Assembly: GCF_963921235.1 (NCBI RefSeq)
Contig: NC_086097.1
Span: 53,322,001-53,386,000, forward strand
DNA: 64,000 nt
Origin: Mobula hypostoma
Taxonomy: Eukaryota
Reading direction: 5' to 3'
A program made the position numbers and the translations under genes. A model generated the notes under the pieces. The model worked only from the letters and a program-made list of their open reading frames with translations, was not told where the DNA came from and did not search any database. The first letter of the stretch is position 1; each line of letters begins with the position of its first letter. Below, in pieces: positions 25,380 through 38,494 of the stretch.

Positions 25380-26002
25380 GACTGTAAAATAAAACAAGAA
25401 ACACAGAAAATGACAATGTGGTGCCTCCTGTACTATACAATAGCACAGTGTAGTTGTTTCAGCTTATATATATTTATACATGACCCAGTAAACAAGTGAA
25501 AAATATTAGAGATATATTAATAAAATTATAAGCACCAAAATACATTTTGTACTTCAAATGTGTAAACAGTTCATTATTAACTATACTGCCTAGATGTGAG
25601 ACAAGTACTGGAGGGTGGAACTATAAGTAGAAACTTCAACATTCAGAGTGGATTATGCTTTTAGTACAAAACAATTTTTCAATTATATGTAGTTTGCACA
25701 TTCAAAACAAATACAATCAAGCTTAAAATTATAAATTCCACCATAGTGTTAGTCTCAAACCCAGATGATTATAAACTTATGCATTTTACACATCTGAAAT
25801 ACAGTGAATAGGGACAAACTGAACAATTGGAAAGTTTTTAAACTTATCTAGTTCGAGTATTTTATTTAGAAATTGGTCTTCCAGTATTAACGTGGATCCT
25901 AAAAATAATTAAATAAAAACAAAAATAAAAACAAACAGAAATGTAATTCTTAGTTTTCATTGCACTTTAACAGCAGTTCCATTATTAATTCCATACAGAT
26001 TC

Positions 26003-26202
26003 TCATTTGTACGGTTTCTCCTTAAAATCGGTGGTTTCTGAGTGGTCTTCATTTCCAGGTGGTCTCTGGGTGTACAAAAATGAGAGAAGGAAAAGAGCGA
26101 CGTCTAGAGATGACCAATATGAGGTGTGTGATGTCACTGCAGACCAGTACCTACTTTCTACAAGGCCTTCCCGCAGTTCAAAGTCAAGGCGATGTTCTAA
26201 CT
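26003..26202 (-). CDS. DDHD1: DDHD1 last coding exon
   Basis: cag acceptor; ELEHRLDFELREGLVESRYWSAVTSHTSYWSSLDVALFLLSFLYTQRPPGNEDHSETTDFKEKPYK then TGA at 26005-26003. Confidence 0.97.
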
Positions 26203-26961
26203 CTGGTAGAGAAATAAAAGCACTGTCAAGACTTTAAAATTTTCAAGCAAAATATTCAATAGAAATTTTAGGTTAAGCTGACGTAATTTCCTTTGTTGTA
26301 AATACATGCTCATAATGTTCTCAGTTATACTTCGAGGACAGCTATAATTGAAGGACCAAGAGGAAAGTGTTTAAAGTGAACAATCAACCCTGCAGACTTT
26401 TCCATAATCATGGGTTGCACTTACTCCACCAGATGGTTCCCCTGAAAATTTCCTTTCTCTTCCTTTTTCTCTCCAATATCTCCCTGTACCACCTAACCCC
26501 CAAAGAACTGACTCTGGGTGCACGTTTAAACAGCATGGACTGATAGCTATCTTAATGGTGTAGAATATCACAAACAAGTCCAGTCTGTAATTATCAGATG
26601 AGCTGATAAAAGCACACACAGAAAGAAGTAAATTGTCCGAAAATCAAAATACTCGTTATTTTCCACTTAAGGATTCATAGAGGTCAGTGGTAGAGCCCCA
26701 ACTGTTGACCTGAAACCTATTACTTCAAAGACTAAATGGGTGAGAGAGGAGTGTGTGGAGGGAGGGTTGTGAGGGTATGGTGATTATTGGGGGAAGGACA
26801 TTCTGGAGGGGGACATCCAACCAGATCTTTATGATGCTGATGTCATTAATTCCTGATGTTATTTATATGATACAGTAGGGTCTTTCTCACTAAACCATCC
26901 AAAATTACACTATTATTCCACATTGCAGGAAGCACTATATTAAATCATTTTGTGTTTTCTT

Positions 26962-27191
26962 GGGGGGGGAGGGGGAGGAGAGGAGAGGAGGGGGAGGAGA
27001 GGAGAGGAGGGGGGGAGAGGAGGGGGGGGAGAGGAGGGGGGGAGAGGAGGGGGGGGAGAGGAGTGGGGGGAGAGGAGGGGGGGAGAGGAGGGGGGGAGAG
27101 GAGGGGGGGAGAGGAGGGGGGGGGAGAGGAGGGGGGGGAGAGGAGGGGGGGGAGAGGAGGGGGGGGAGAGGAGGGGGGGGAGACGAGGGGA
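26962..27191 (+). repeat. Polypurine GGAGAGGAG(G)n tandem repeat
   Basis: About 230 bp of almost pure G/A with a 13-15 bp unit. Confidence 0.95.
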
Positions 27192-27684
27192 TTATTTATC
27201 CCCAGGCAGCAACAAAGCTCCCTGGGCACATTCTAAATGAAGCAAATGGAAGACACACGATCAAGGACAAGGAGTGGAGGCAGTTACAAAGTTTGTGGCA
27301 AAGAGCAGTACTCAGAATATTTAAGAAGGCAGAATGCAGTTATCCAGTCTTCCTATTTGTTCCTCACTACATGGCCCTATCCAGATGTAAAACTGCAGGT
27401 AGTATAATATAAGTCCTTCTCATTTATATTCTTCCCTCCTGTAAACCTCCTCTAGTATCTGGCCAGGAAGTCCCAGCGGCCTGGGGAAGCCGATCAGAAA
27501 GGCAGCCAAAGGGAAGGTTTAAAATAAATCAAAAGAGAAAACTGCAAGTGCTGGAAATCGGAGATGAAAACCGGAAATTGTGGAGATAATCAGTAGATCA
27601 TTGGAGAATGGAAATCAGAAAACATTTCAGGTTAATGGCCTGATGAAAGATCATCAGATAATTAAGTAGAAACAACAACACAGC

Positions 27685-28600
27685 TTTAGGATAATGAAAT
27701 AGCAGCAGGGGAGTAAGCCATCCAACCTTTCAAGTTTTCTTCTCTATTTAACTGATCTTCTGCCTTGGTGCCATTTTCCAGCGCCATCCCTATATTACCC
27801 TTAGTACCCAGGAATCTATTGATCTGTGATTTGAATGAGCAGTACCATTGAGTCTCTATAACCCTCTGGGGTAGTGAATTCCAAAAGGACATCTCCTTGG
27901 TAAAGAAATTTTTCCTCATCTCCGTCCTAAGTTGTATTCTGAAGTTGTGCTCTTCGGTCCTATTCTCCTCAGCCAGAGGAAACATACTCCCAGTCAAGCT
28001 CTTCTAAGACTTCTGTGTATTTTTATAAGATTTCCTCCCTTCCTTTCTAAACTTGAGAGAAGAAAGTTCCAAAATTGTACACAACAGTCCACGCGTTGTC
28101 TCGCCAAGGCCCTATACAATTACATTAATGCACTTTATTCAAATCCTCTCATGTTACCAGTCTTTTTTTTTAAAATCGGTGTGTTTTGTGATTTGTGCAC
28201 CAGTACATCTAGGTCCTTTGAAAATAAACACGACCCAAATCTCTCACCATTTAATAAATACTCTATTTTCTGTTCAATGCCTCAAAGTGGATGATCTCAC
28301 ATTATATCCATGTACTTAGTCAACTTGCCTATATCACCTTGAAGCTTTTTTTAAAAAAAAAACATCTTCCTCAATTCTCACAATTTCACCTAATGTATTA
28401 CTGTCAACAAACTTGGATATAGGACTTTAATAAATATAGTGTGAAAACGGATACCCAACCACCCATCGCTCTGGTCCCCAATAGCCACAGTTTTCTATTT
28501 TTTCCTTTTTGACCAATGACTAACTCACTATCAATGTTAACATCTTATTTCCAATTCCACATGTTGTTATGCTGCTAATCAATCTCCGTAACAAGACCTT
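27685..28600 (-). mobile_element. Decayed CR1 LINE
   Basis: MRKNFFTK..FWNSLPQRV on the minus strand. Confidence 0.75.
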
Positions 28601-29334
28601 ATCAAATGTTTTATTTATTTATCTTTCCTGAGCTGAAGATAACCCAACCTTTCATTAACTGGCACCTCAGATAGCCAGGTTTTGTGCATTGCTGATACCA
28701 CCTAAAGACAGGATCTATACTTGGAGAGTTACCTGTGATGAATAGACCTATAGTCAGAGCATGTAGAAAGGGTAACCCAGATGCCAGATCCATGGATGCC
28801 AACCAACTCCCACCAGAGTGATTAAAAATCAACTGCCAATAATTCACAATTGCTTTAAATGGTGCAATAAATGGTCTTTCCTGCAAAACACTGCACTTCA
28901 GAAAATCACAAGATCTGCAAATTAAGCAATTGCACATTTAAGCAATGTCAGTTAGCTTCCGTTTCGCCAAAATTGACATTTTAAACCTTATTCTTTCAGA
29001 ACCTCAATTTAATGTAACTGAAATACAAGATAAAATTAGGCTAGTTTAGTAATTAGCACTGATTCTTAGAGTCCAATAATTATCATTTCATCATTCTATG
29101 CCAGACAAAAGCAAATGTTTCCAGATGCTTTAAACATACTCCGCAGTGAAGGAATATAAAATATTATTGGGAGGCTTCAGCATGACCTACAAAGGTAGTC
29201 CATTACTGCAGATATAATTTACACAGCAAGACTTGAGCAAAATACCTCTGCTGCAATGTCCTCTATTCAGTTTCTCATTTCAGTTTTGTGTTAAAAGTTG
29301 TTCCTTTCTCTAATCTGTACTGACAAGGTTCAGA

Positions 29335-29730
29335 CTTCGTTCCATGGAATGTAGAAGTTTGAGGGGAGATTTGACAGAGGTATACAAAATCTTGAGAGCT
29401 ATAGATAGGATAAATGCAAGCAAGGTGTTTTCCACTGAGGCTAGAAATAAGAGGTCATGGGTTAAGGGTGAAAGGTAAAATGTTTCAGGAGAACGTGAAA
29501 GGGAACTACTTCAATCAGAGGGTGGTGAGAGTGTGGAATGAGCTGCCAGCACAATAGGAGGATGCCAGTTCGATTTCAACATTGAAGAGAAATTTGGATA
29601 GGTACATGGATGGGAGGGGCATGGAGGGATATGGGCTGGGTGCAGGTCGATGGGGCTAGGCAGATAAATAGTTCAGCATGGACTGGATGGGCCTAAGGGC
29701 CTGTTTCTGTGGTGTACTTTTCTATGAGCT
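29335..29730 (+). mobile_element. CR1 LINE 3' end
   Basis: Homologous to 24000-24380 including the tail. Confidence 0.85.
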
Positions 29731-30086
29731 ATTTCTCCAAGTGCTGGAAAAGGAGCAGCATAAGGGGAACACCTCCATACCGTGCAAACCTAACAGGCAA
29801 ATTGCACTGGAGAACAAATGGTAATTCATGTCCAGAAGTGCCTAGTTGTCGTTCCAAAATCCCAGGAAAGCGACAAGGGAATTATTGTCACACAACACTA
29901 ATGAAAACCACCTAACACTGAATAAAATGCAGAATTCTGATTTTAAAAATATGTATTGTTTGCAAATTTGTTACGATTATAGAAAAAAGTAATTTAACTA
30001 CCAATTCATTAAATACAATTTAAAACTTTGGAGGAACAATCTTTGCAATTACTTTTATTTTACAAAACATGCATTCATTTACTAAC

Positions 30087-30275
30087 CTGCACCCAACAAA
30101 AGACCAGAGTCATTACGTGACAGTATCTTTGGACTAAATGGAACTTCAAGAGGCTTCTTTTCTTCATCACTTACTTCTTTCACATCTTCACCGACTGTAC
30201 TAATATTCACTGAGGGAGTTCGCGAGAACCTTGCAAACAATATTCCACCAATACCTTTTCCTATATGTGCAGCTC
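30087..30275 (-). CDS. DDHD1: DDHD1 coding exon (about exon 11)
   Basis: 189 bp, tag/gttagt, phase 1-1; GAAHIGKGIGGILFARFSRTPSVNISTVGEDVKEVSDEEKKPLEVPFSPKILSRNDSGLLLGA. Confidence 0.92.
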
Positions 30276-30991
30276 CTAAAAGTAGTACAAAAAGTAAAAA
30301 TCAGTTCATGATAGCAGTAGTCTTAATTTCTGAAAGAGGCATAAAATCTTATAAACCAGTTCTACCTGATTTTAAGACACTATGGCTCATCTTTTTTAAA
30401 CAAGAGATAGTAACATTTTCATAATATGTAGCTGTTTGAATTCAAGGAGGGATTTGGGGTTATATAGATTTTAAGGCCTCAAACTCGGTGAGGAGAGGGG
30501 TGTGTGAGAGTGTGAGTGTGAGTGTGTGTGTGAGAGAGAGAGATCATGCACTTTGATATAGAATGTAAGAAATTGAAGTATTTGGTGTTTCTTTACAACT
30601 GCAATGCAAAATCATATTTTCTAAGTTTTACTTAGAAAGCAGTGAGTGCCTTCTGAAAAATACCCTAATCAATAAGTTTCATTGCTGCTTTGCATATCTA
30701 TTTGAATGTTGTTAAAAAAATTTGCAAATACATTACTGGAGGTTAACATACAGTTACAGTGAACAACTACAAGGCAAAGGACACATTGGACTTTACTGCA
30801 AGATGATTTGAGAACATTAGTGAAGACCTCTAGCTCCAATGTTTTAGGGCCTGATTATACTGTATGTGTATTATTGTACAGTGAACTGTTATTCCTACCC
30901 AAGGAAGCATATATTTCCAGTAGAGGGATGAAAAAAAAGGTTCACCAGTCTGGATCCCAGGATTTGGAGATGGGCAGGAGTAATAATGGTT

Positions 30992-31573
30992 GGTGGCATC
31001 CATTAGTCTCACAAGACCATTGATCTGCGCCTGGAAATGGTTTCCCAGGGTGCAGGCCTGGGCAAGGTTGTAAGGAAGACCGGCAGTTGCCCATGCAGCA
31101 AGTCTCCCCTCTCCATGACACTGATGTTGTTCAAGGGAAGGGCAAGGGCAAGGGCCGATACAGCTTGGCACTAGTGCCATTGCAGGAGTTGCCAGAACGA
31201 GGTTGAAGGCAATGTCGGACTGCCTTAGGGACTCCAGCTCTGAATTTCTCCTCAGGGTTTACTCCCGAAGCCTTTTCCATAAGGCAGGGGAGGTTTGAAA
31301 TCTGAGTTTTCCCTCTCTTAGATGGACTGCCTTCCCAGGCTGACGAGTTTCACCTACCCGAAGCACTGGTTTTAAGGCGCCAGGACCCGCCTTCGCCCCT
31401 TCTCCTGTCAGTAGAAACAGTTCCGCCGGGCTTAGAGGCTAAGCCACACGAGAAGGCCAGGAGTTGGGCTTGGTTGTCAGAGGCTATTTGAGGTGCATGC
31501 CACGAGGAGCACTTTTAGATAGTGGGAGCTTGTCCCCATTACCACTCCTCGGTTTGACAACCTTGGAACCTAC
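30992..31573 (-). mobile_element. Full-length non-coding non-autonomous retroelement, probably RTE-derived
   Basis: Perfect 12-bp TSD GTAATAATGGTT at 30980-30991 and 31574-31585; internal GGAAGGCAGTCCATCTAAGAGAGGGAAAACTC resembles RTE 5' UTRs; no credible ORF. Confidence 0.7.
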
Positions 31574-32533
31574 GTAATAATGGTTACGTAGGGAGAAATT
31601 GAGTAGACTAAGCTTATTTCTCTCTCCCTCATTAGGAGAATGAAAGGTGGTCTCATTGAAACGATGGGACGACAGGGGACATGCAGGAATGCCTTTTCCC
31701 TTCAGAGAACGGCAAAGTGCAGAAACGAGCCTTTTCAGCCCATTTCATCCATGCCCAGCCAACATGCTGGCTTTAGGTCTGTATTCCTCTGATATCTTAT
31801 GCTTCTGCAAGTACTTCTCACCCGATATTCCCAGAGAGTAATATGCTCATGAATCGTTTGCCCCATTCCCATCAGGAAAAAGGCTACACAGCATCTACAA
31901 CAGGACTACTAGACTCATGAACAGTTACTTCCCCTAAGTCACTCAAGTTGATCAACATGTCCAGCCCACCAATCCCCATAGCTAGTGTTGGTTATGTATG
32001 TATAATCAGTCTGTGCATAAAACTTGCACATTGTGTTTTATAGGATCACTTTTATACTTAATGTGTTTCTTATGCTTAGTGGTTTTTTTTTGTGCTGTTT
32101 TAGATCTGGAGTAACAATAATTTCACCCTCCTTTACACTTACGTACTGAAGAATGACAATAAATAATCTGGAATCTTAGAAAGGTCAAGTTTTTTTTTAA
32201 CAACACAAACATTCAAATAGATATGTAAAGCAGCAGTAAAACTTGCTGATTTACAGCATTTTCCAGAAGACACTCACGGTCTTTACTAGTTGGTAAAAAC
32301 TTGGAAAACATTGATTTTGGATTGCAGTTGTGATGATACTCATCTGCAATTTCTCCACAGAAAGTAAGTAGGCTGTCAATGAAGTTTTCTCTCCAAGTAG
32401 CATAATCTATTTCAAAATTCTAATAAAACAATATTTCGATTTACTGCTGTTTAAAATCAGACAGAATAATCACACTACAGTACTTGTGTTTCTGGGCTCA
32501 TTCTTCGGAACAGAGTTCAGTTTGCGAACAACA

Positions 32534-32547
32534 CTGCCACCTTGTGG
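32534..32547 (-). promoter_or_regulatory. Candidate CTCF site
   Basis: Reverse complement CCACAAGGTGGCAG closely matches the CTCF core and sits in unique intronic sequence. Confidence 0.4.
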
Positions 32548-33684
32548 TTCAAAAGTAGGATCAAAAGTCAAGGAACAGTTAGCATTAAGAGTGCTTAAAA
32601 TTTGAAAAACAATGCTTTTCTCCCTAACCTCTGCCCTACAACCTTATCTGAACTCTTATCACTTTCAGATTCATACACAACTTGCTTCATCTACCCAGCC
32701 CCACCCCTCCTTCACTATTTTACTATTGAGTGGTTATTCCTTTATCCAGCTAGTCACTTAACATTTGTAAAATACTCCTGAAACTACCTCTAGTAGCTCA
32801 CTGGGCCCCCAAACATTCAGGAACTCTCCTCAGAAGTCCACTCTGTGAGCAGAATGTCTGGTTCAAAGTCTGAGATACCACCATCTTGTCACTAGTGCCC
32901 AAATGAAAGATGTTTTGAATTTGATGCTCAAATTCCCTTTAAAGGGTGCAGGTATGATGCAAATGGCCAAATCATGTTTCAAATGATGCCTGCAATTAAT
33001 TGTCAAAATTCTGCAACTTGGCACATCCTAACTGCCTGAGGTTCTGTATGATTCAGACACACACACACACACCATGCAGTAGCAACACCAGACCATACCA
33101 GTGTGTAGTTTACTGAAGTTCAAGGCCACTGACTTTAACATGTAACAGAATGGTAAATACAGCAAAACTTGTGGCTCAACTATTTATTATAAAAATTAGA
33201 TGTAAACAATTTGTCAAACAGATTAAAGCAGCCGATCTTCAGAAAAAACACAATGCCATTTCAAGCTAACATATAAAGTTCCTGTTTTGAATTTTTCAAG
33301 TTTTATCAGTAGCCACACCTCTTTAGGAAGAGTAAAGCTACTCATTTAATTTTAGTTACAGTGATTGAGGATGAAGCCTCTAATACCTTATGGGTGGAAA
33401 CCGACAGCAATCAATACACCTGATATTCAAAGTTTTTCACCAAAAGCACTATTGACTTGCCTAGATAACTGCAAATCCTAACTTTATCCAGGTCAATCTG
33501 CCTGATCAGCACTTCGTTCACCTTTCTAAATACTTATTCCTTTCACTACTGGTGCATCATGTTTATAAGGCAGAGCATCTAACAAAAGGCCTTGCAGTTA
33601 CTCACCTAGGAAATTATGACCAGCAAACCCAAGAAACTTACCACCTTTATCACCAAGGAGGACACAGGAAACAGGCCTAAAGAA

Positions 33685-33945
33685 TACTGTGCAAAAATCT
33701 TAGGCACATGCATATAGCTAAGGTGCCTAAGTCTTTTGCACAGTACTGTATTTGTCAACGTGGAGCGGAGAGCGAGTTTATAAATCTGGTGGGAACCAAA
33801 GGTGTTGGGAACAGCGAGGGTGGAGCACCACGGGAGGGGTGTTGGCAGGTGGCAGGGAAGGAGTACCAGGGTCAGATGGAGACACAGCCAGCCCTGAGAC
33901 ACCCAGCAAAACAATTTCAAACAATTGGTTTATTGATTACAGAAT
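33685..33945 (+). mobile_element. Non-autonomous repeat starting with a Tc1-like TIR hairpin
   Basis: TACTGTGCAAAAATCTTAGGCAC..GTGCCTAAGTCTTTTGCACAGTA inverted repeat, then a body shared with 10230-10450. Confidence 0.7.
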
Positions 33946-34375
33946 TTCAAGATCCATTTTATTCCTTATGCTGTGTGCATTCAAATACAACACTCTCAGT
34001 CCAGTATTTGTTGCTTTCTGTTTTAACTGCACCACGCCTCTATTGCCCTGTAACTCATGCCACTGCCTGTTCTTTCTAAAATCTCTGTCGCACGCTATCT
34101 TTGATTTATTTGTTTTCCCCTTCCTCAGCCCTATCACTCCGGTTCCCATCTCCCTGTCAAATTAGTTTAAACCCTCCCTAACAGCTCCATTAAATGTGCC
34201 TGCTAGGATATTGGACCCCTTTGGGTTCAGGTGTAACCTGTCCTTTTGGTACAGGTCGTACTTCCCCCAGAAGAGGCCCCAATGATGCAAGAATTTGAAT
34301 CCCTGCCCCCCACATCAGTTTCTCAGCCACACATTAATACACCCAATCATGCTATTCTTGCACTCGCTAGCACGT
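33945..34375 (-). mobile_element. CR1 ORF1/ORF2-junction fragment
   Basis: GLRVLYLNAHSIRNK endonuclease start. Confidence 0.75.
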
Positions 34376-34974
34376 GCAAGAATAGAATGTTTATGAGCTG
34401 GCCTTTTAGGGCAGCTTGTGGTTGAGCCCATTAGTTGAAAGGCAATTCTGGATTGGGTATTGTGCTAATGAATCACATATGATGAGGGAGCTCAAGGTAA
34501 TGGAACCCTTGGAAGAGAGTTATTGTTATTCCTCTCCACACCTTGTGGTGCATCAGGTGGCAACCTTGCTGATTCTTCAGCATTTTTGTCTGTTTCTTAC
34601 GCGGCTGAGTTGAAGGTGCCAGCCCGATCTGAACCTGAAACCACTCGCCTCCAAGTCTGGTGCTGATGCCACTGCACCATGACCTGGATCAACATGTTAG
34701 TATCGTGTGGAGGCTTGTGTGCTTCAAGAACTCCATCAGGCAATCCCAACTCAGGGCCACCGATGTTGGAATGGTTGTGGACAAGATGCCAGATGAAGAT
34801 TGATCCAACCCCAGCTCCTGAATGGACAGACTGGTGCCTGTCCCTCCTGGGCCACACTTTATCACAACGATTGACAAAAATGAATTGGAAGTATGAAGAG
34901 AAAAATCGCCTGCCATATGAAACAAAAAAGTAGCAGTAATCATCATATAATAGAATTCACCCTGCAGTTGAAAG

Positions 34975-37272
34975 GGAGAAGCTAAAGTCCAATGTATAAG
35001 TATTACAGTGGATTAAAAAGAATTAAAGAGGCACGAGAGAGGAACTGGCTAAAGCTGGTTGGAAGGGGGCACTAGCAGGGATGATGACAGAACAGCAATG
35101 GCTGGAAGGCAGAGGATTGGGAAGCTTTTAAAAACCAACAGAAGGCAATAAAAAAGAAATTAAATATGAAGATAAGCCAACCAATAACATAAACGAAGAT
35201 GCCAGAAGTTTTTTCAGATGTATCAAGAGTAAAAGAGGAGGGTGTGGATATCAGACCACTGGAAAATGACAGTGAAGAGGTAGGAATGGGGGACAATGAA
35301 ATGGTGGATGTACTTCATAAGTATTTTGTGTCAGTATTCACTGTGGAAGACACTGGCAGTACGCCAGAAATTTCAAAGCGTCGGGGAGCAGAATTGAGTG
35401 TAGTTTCTATTACTAAGGAGAATGTGCTTGGGAAGCTGAAAGCTCTGAAGGCAGATAAGTCACCTGGACCAGATGGACTACACCACAGGATTCTGAAAGA
35501 GGTAGCTGAAGAGATTGTGGAGGCATTAATAATGATCTTTGAAGAATCCTTTAATGGTTCTGGAGGGCTGGACATTTTGAAATGTCACTCCACTTTTCAA
35601 GAAGGGAGAGAGGCAGAAGAAAGGAAATTATAAGTTTAAATGACTTAGGTCAGCGGTCTCCAATGTCCGGGCCACGGATCGATACTGGGCCGCGAAGCAT
35701 GCAGTGGTACAGCGGTAGCCAGGACGCACCCAGCACATCTTTAAGAAAAAAGCCAAAATAAACAAGCTAATTAACTAGGTGCCTCCCATCATGTAAATGT
35801 CGGCCCAGATCAGAGGCAATTGCTGATTTCGACTCTAATCTGGGCTGACATTTACGTGCTGGGCGGCACCTATTTAATTAGCTTATTTATTTTGGCTTTT
35901 TTCTTAAAGATGTGCTGGGTGCATCCCGGCTACCGCTGCACCCCTGCATGCTTCGCGGCCCGGAGGTTGGGGACCACTGACTTAGGTGGTTGGGAAGATT
36001 TTGGAGTCCATTATTAAGGATGAGGTTTTGGGGTACTTAGAACATTTGATAAAATAGGGCTATAGTGAGCATGGTTTAGTTAAGGAAATTTTTGCCTGAT
36101 AAACCTGTTGGAATTCTTTGAGGAAAATACAAGCAGGATAGACAAAGGAGAATCAGTGGATGTTGTTCACTTGGATTTTCAGAAGGCCTTAGACCACGCA
36201 CCGCACACAAGGCTACTTAACAAAGTAAGAACGCATGGTATTACAGGAATGGCAGCAGCATGTATAGAAGGTTTGGCTGATTGGCAGGAGGCAAAGAGTG
36301 GGAATAAAGGGAGCCTTTTCTGGTTGGCTGCCAGTGACTACTGGTATTCTACAAGGGTCTGTATTAGGATTGATTCTTTTTAGGTTATACGTCAATGACT
36401 TGGATGATGGAATTGATGGTTTTGTTGCAAAATTTGCAGAAGATATGAAGATAGGTGGAGGGGCAGGTAGGTTCGAGGAAGTAGAGAGGTTACAGAAGGA
36501 CTTAGATACATTAGGAGAATAGGCAAAGAAGTGGCAGATGGAATACAGAATCAGGAAGTGTATGTTCATGCACTTTGGTAGAAGGAATAAACCTGTAGAC
36601 TATTTTCTAAATGGGGGAAAAATTCAAAAATCAGCGGTGAAAAGGGTCCTTGTGCAGGATTCCCTAAAGGTTAATTTGCAAGCTGAGTCACTGGTAAGGA
36701 AAGCAAATGTAATGTTAACATTCATTTCAAGAGGACTAGAATATAAAAGCTGAAGCTTTATAAGGCATTGGTCAGATGACTCAGAGTATTGAGAGAAGTT
36801 GTGGGCCCCCTATCTTTTGAAAGGGGTACTGAGATTGGAGAGAGTCCAGAGGAGATACACAAAAATGATTCCAGAAATGAAAGGGTTGACATATGAGGAG
36901 CAATTGATGGCACTGGACCAGTCATGGCTGTAGTTTTGAAGAATGAGGGGGCATCTCATCGAATATTGAAAGGCCTAGATAGAGTGGATGTGGAGAGGGT
37001 GTTTCCTATTCTGGGAGAGCCTAGGGCTCAGAGATGGGGAGGAATTTCTTTAGCCAGAGAGCAGTGAATCTATGGAATCCATTGCCACAAACTGCTGTGG
37101 AGGCCATGTCACTCGGTATATTAAAGCAGAGGTTGCTAGGTTCTTGATTAGTCAGGGTATCAAATGATTTGGGGAGAAAGCAGGAGAATGGGGTTGAGAA
37201 GGATAATGGAATGGTGGAGAAGACTTGATGGACTGAATGGCCTAATTCTACTGTTGTGACTTGTGGTCTTAT
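34975..37272 (+). mobile_element. CR1 LINE ORF2 relic interrupted by a MITE
   Basis: KSPGPDGLH, LDFQKA, GILQGSVLG, KFAED motifs with frameshifts; CR1 tail near 37230-37270. Confidence 0.92.
35651..35979. mobile_element. hAT-family (Charlie-like) palindromic MITE
   Basis: Terminal inverted repeats CAGCGGTCTCCAA / TTGGGGACCACTG; perfect 8-bp TSD ACTTAGGT at 35643-35650 and 35980-35987. Confidence 0.93.
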
Positions 37273-37466
37273 GGGGGAAAGACTAGGCTCTCAAGGGCAA
37301 TTCTGAAAGAATAATGAATGCAGACCTCACCGACATTGCTTACATCTTGCAAAATTAAATAAAAATGGTGCTTGCAATAAACATCTCAAGATCAACTATG
37401 TACACCCATTTTGGTACACTTCATTCTCTACAGTTACTTTAAACAAACATGCTTTGAATACCTCAC

Positions 37467-37740
37467 CCATTATACTTGCTTTTCCTAGGCTGGTTATTGA
37501 TTCCCCATAGTTTCGGCGAGGCATTACCGGCGAGGTACTTGGACTTGGTATGGTTTCCATTTCTGCATTTGAGGTAGTTGTGGAAGGAGCCGGTGAGGGA
37601 TTCTGTGACTCTTTGGCAGGCTTGATGAAGGTTGGCTTTATGTCATCGTACTTTGTTAAGACTGGTGTGTTGTACCAATGTATCTGTAATGGTGCAATAT
37701 TACTATAATGCTTCAGGATCAGTGGTTCTAGTCGATAGGC
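37467..37740 (-). CDS. DDHD1: DDHD1 coding exon (about exon 10)
   Basis: 274 bp, tag/gtgagg; AYRLEPLILKHYSNIAPLQIHWYNTP...PSPSTSPVMPRRNYGESITSLGKASIM. Confidence 0.96.
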
Positions 37741-38494
37741 CTACAAGCAAATGAAGATTCATCATTCATTTTTGTGAAGCACAATATATTGTGGAATAAC
37801 TGTCTATGCATGAATAGTTAAGAAATTAAATGCTTTATCTAAGGACACAACAAATTGGAACTGCAGTACGGTATCTGGTCCTTCGAGCCCATTCCACTTT
37901 TCATCTAGATTATGGTGGGCCTTCAATCTCAGCACCATTTTCTAGCCTTATCACCTGGTTTTCTGAACAAGCAGAAATCTATTGACCTCTATTCTGATTG
38001 AACTACATAGCCCTGAGTGAAGGAAGTTTTCCTCACCTCATTCCCAAGTTGCTTACTCTTTATTTGCGAACAGTGCCTGTGATCCTAGGACTCTACAGTC
38101 TGTGGAAACATCCTCCCTGCATCCCTACCTGTCAAGCCTTTTATCAGTTTTGCAAATTTTAGTCATAGATTTATGAAGCACAGAAAGTGGTTCTTAAGCT
38201 CACCTTGTCCAAGTCTAACTATCAAATATCCATTGACACTATGATCAACTCTCATTCTTCTAAACTCAAGAAAATAGTTTCAGTGTCTCCTCACTCAGCA
38301 AATTCGCCACCCTGGAACCAATCTAATGAATTTTTACTGCACCTTCTCAATGGCAAATAAAAAGCAGAGGAATCTGGGATTATAACTGTGAATCATTGAC
38401 AATTGCACAAAATGTTAGAAGTACTCAGCAGTCAGGCAGCATCTGTAGAGAGAGCGACACAGAGTTACATTTCAAATGAAAGATCCTTCTGATC

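Noticed and set aside
26945..27412. Gly/Glu/Arg-rich and Pro-rich ORFs
   Set aside because: Translations of the polypurine simple repeat
31440..31573. HDV-like ribozyme suggested by TGC-TCCTCGTG-GCA (minus strand)
   Set aside because: No matching P1 5' strand or P1.1 GG could be placed
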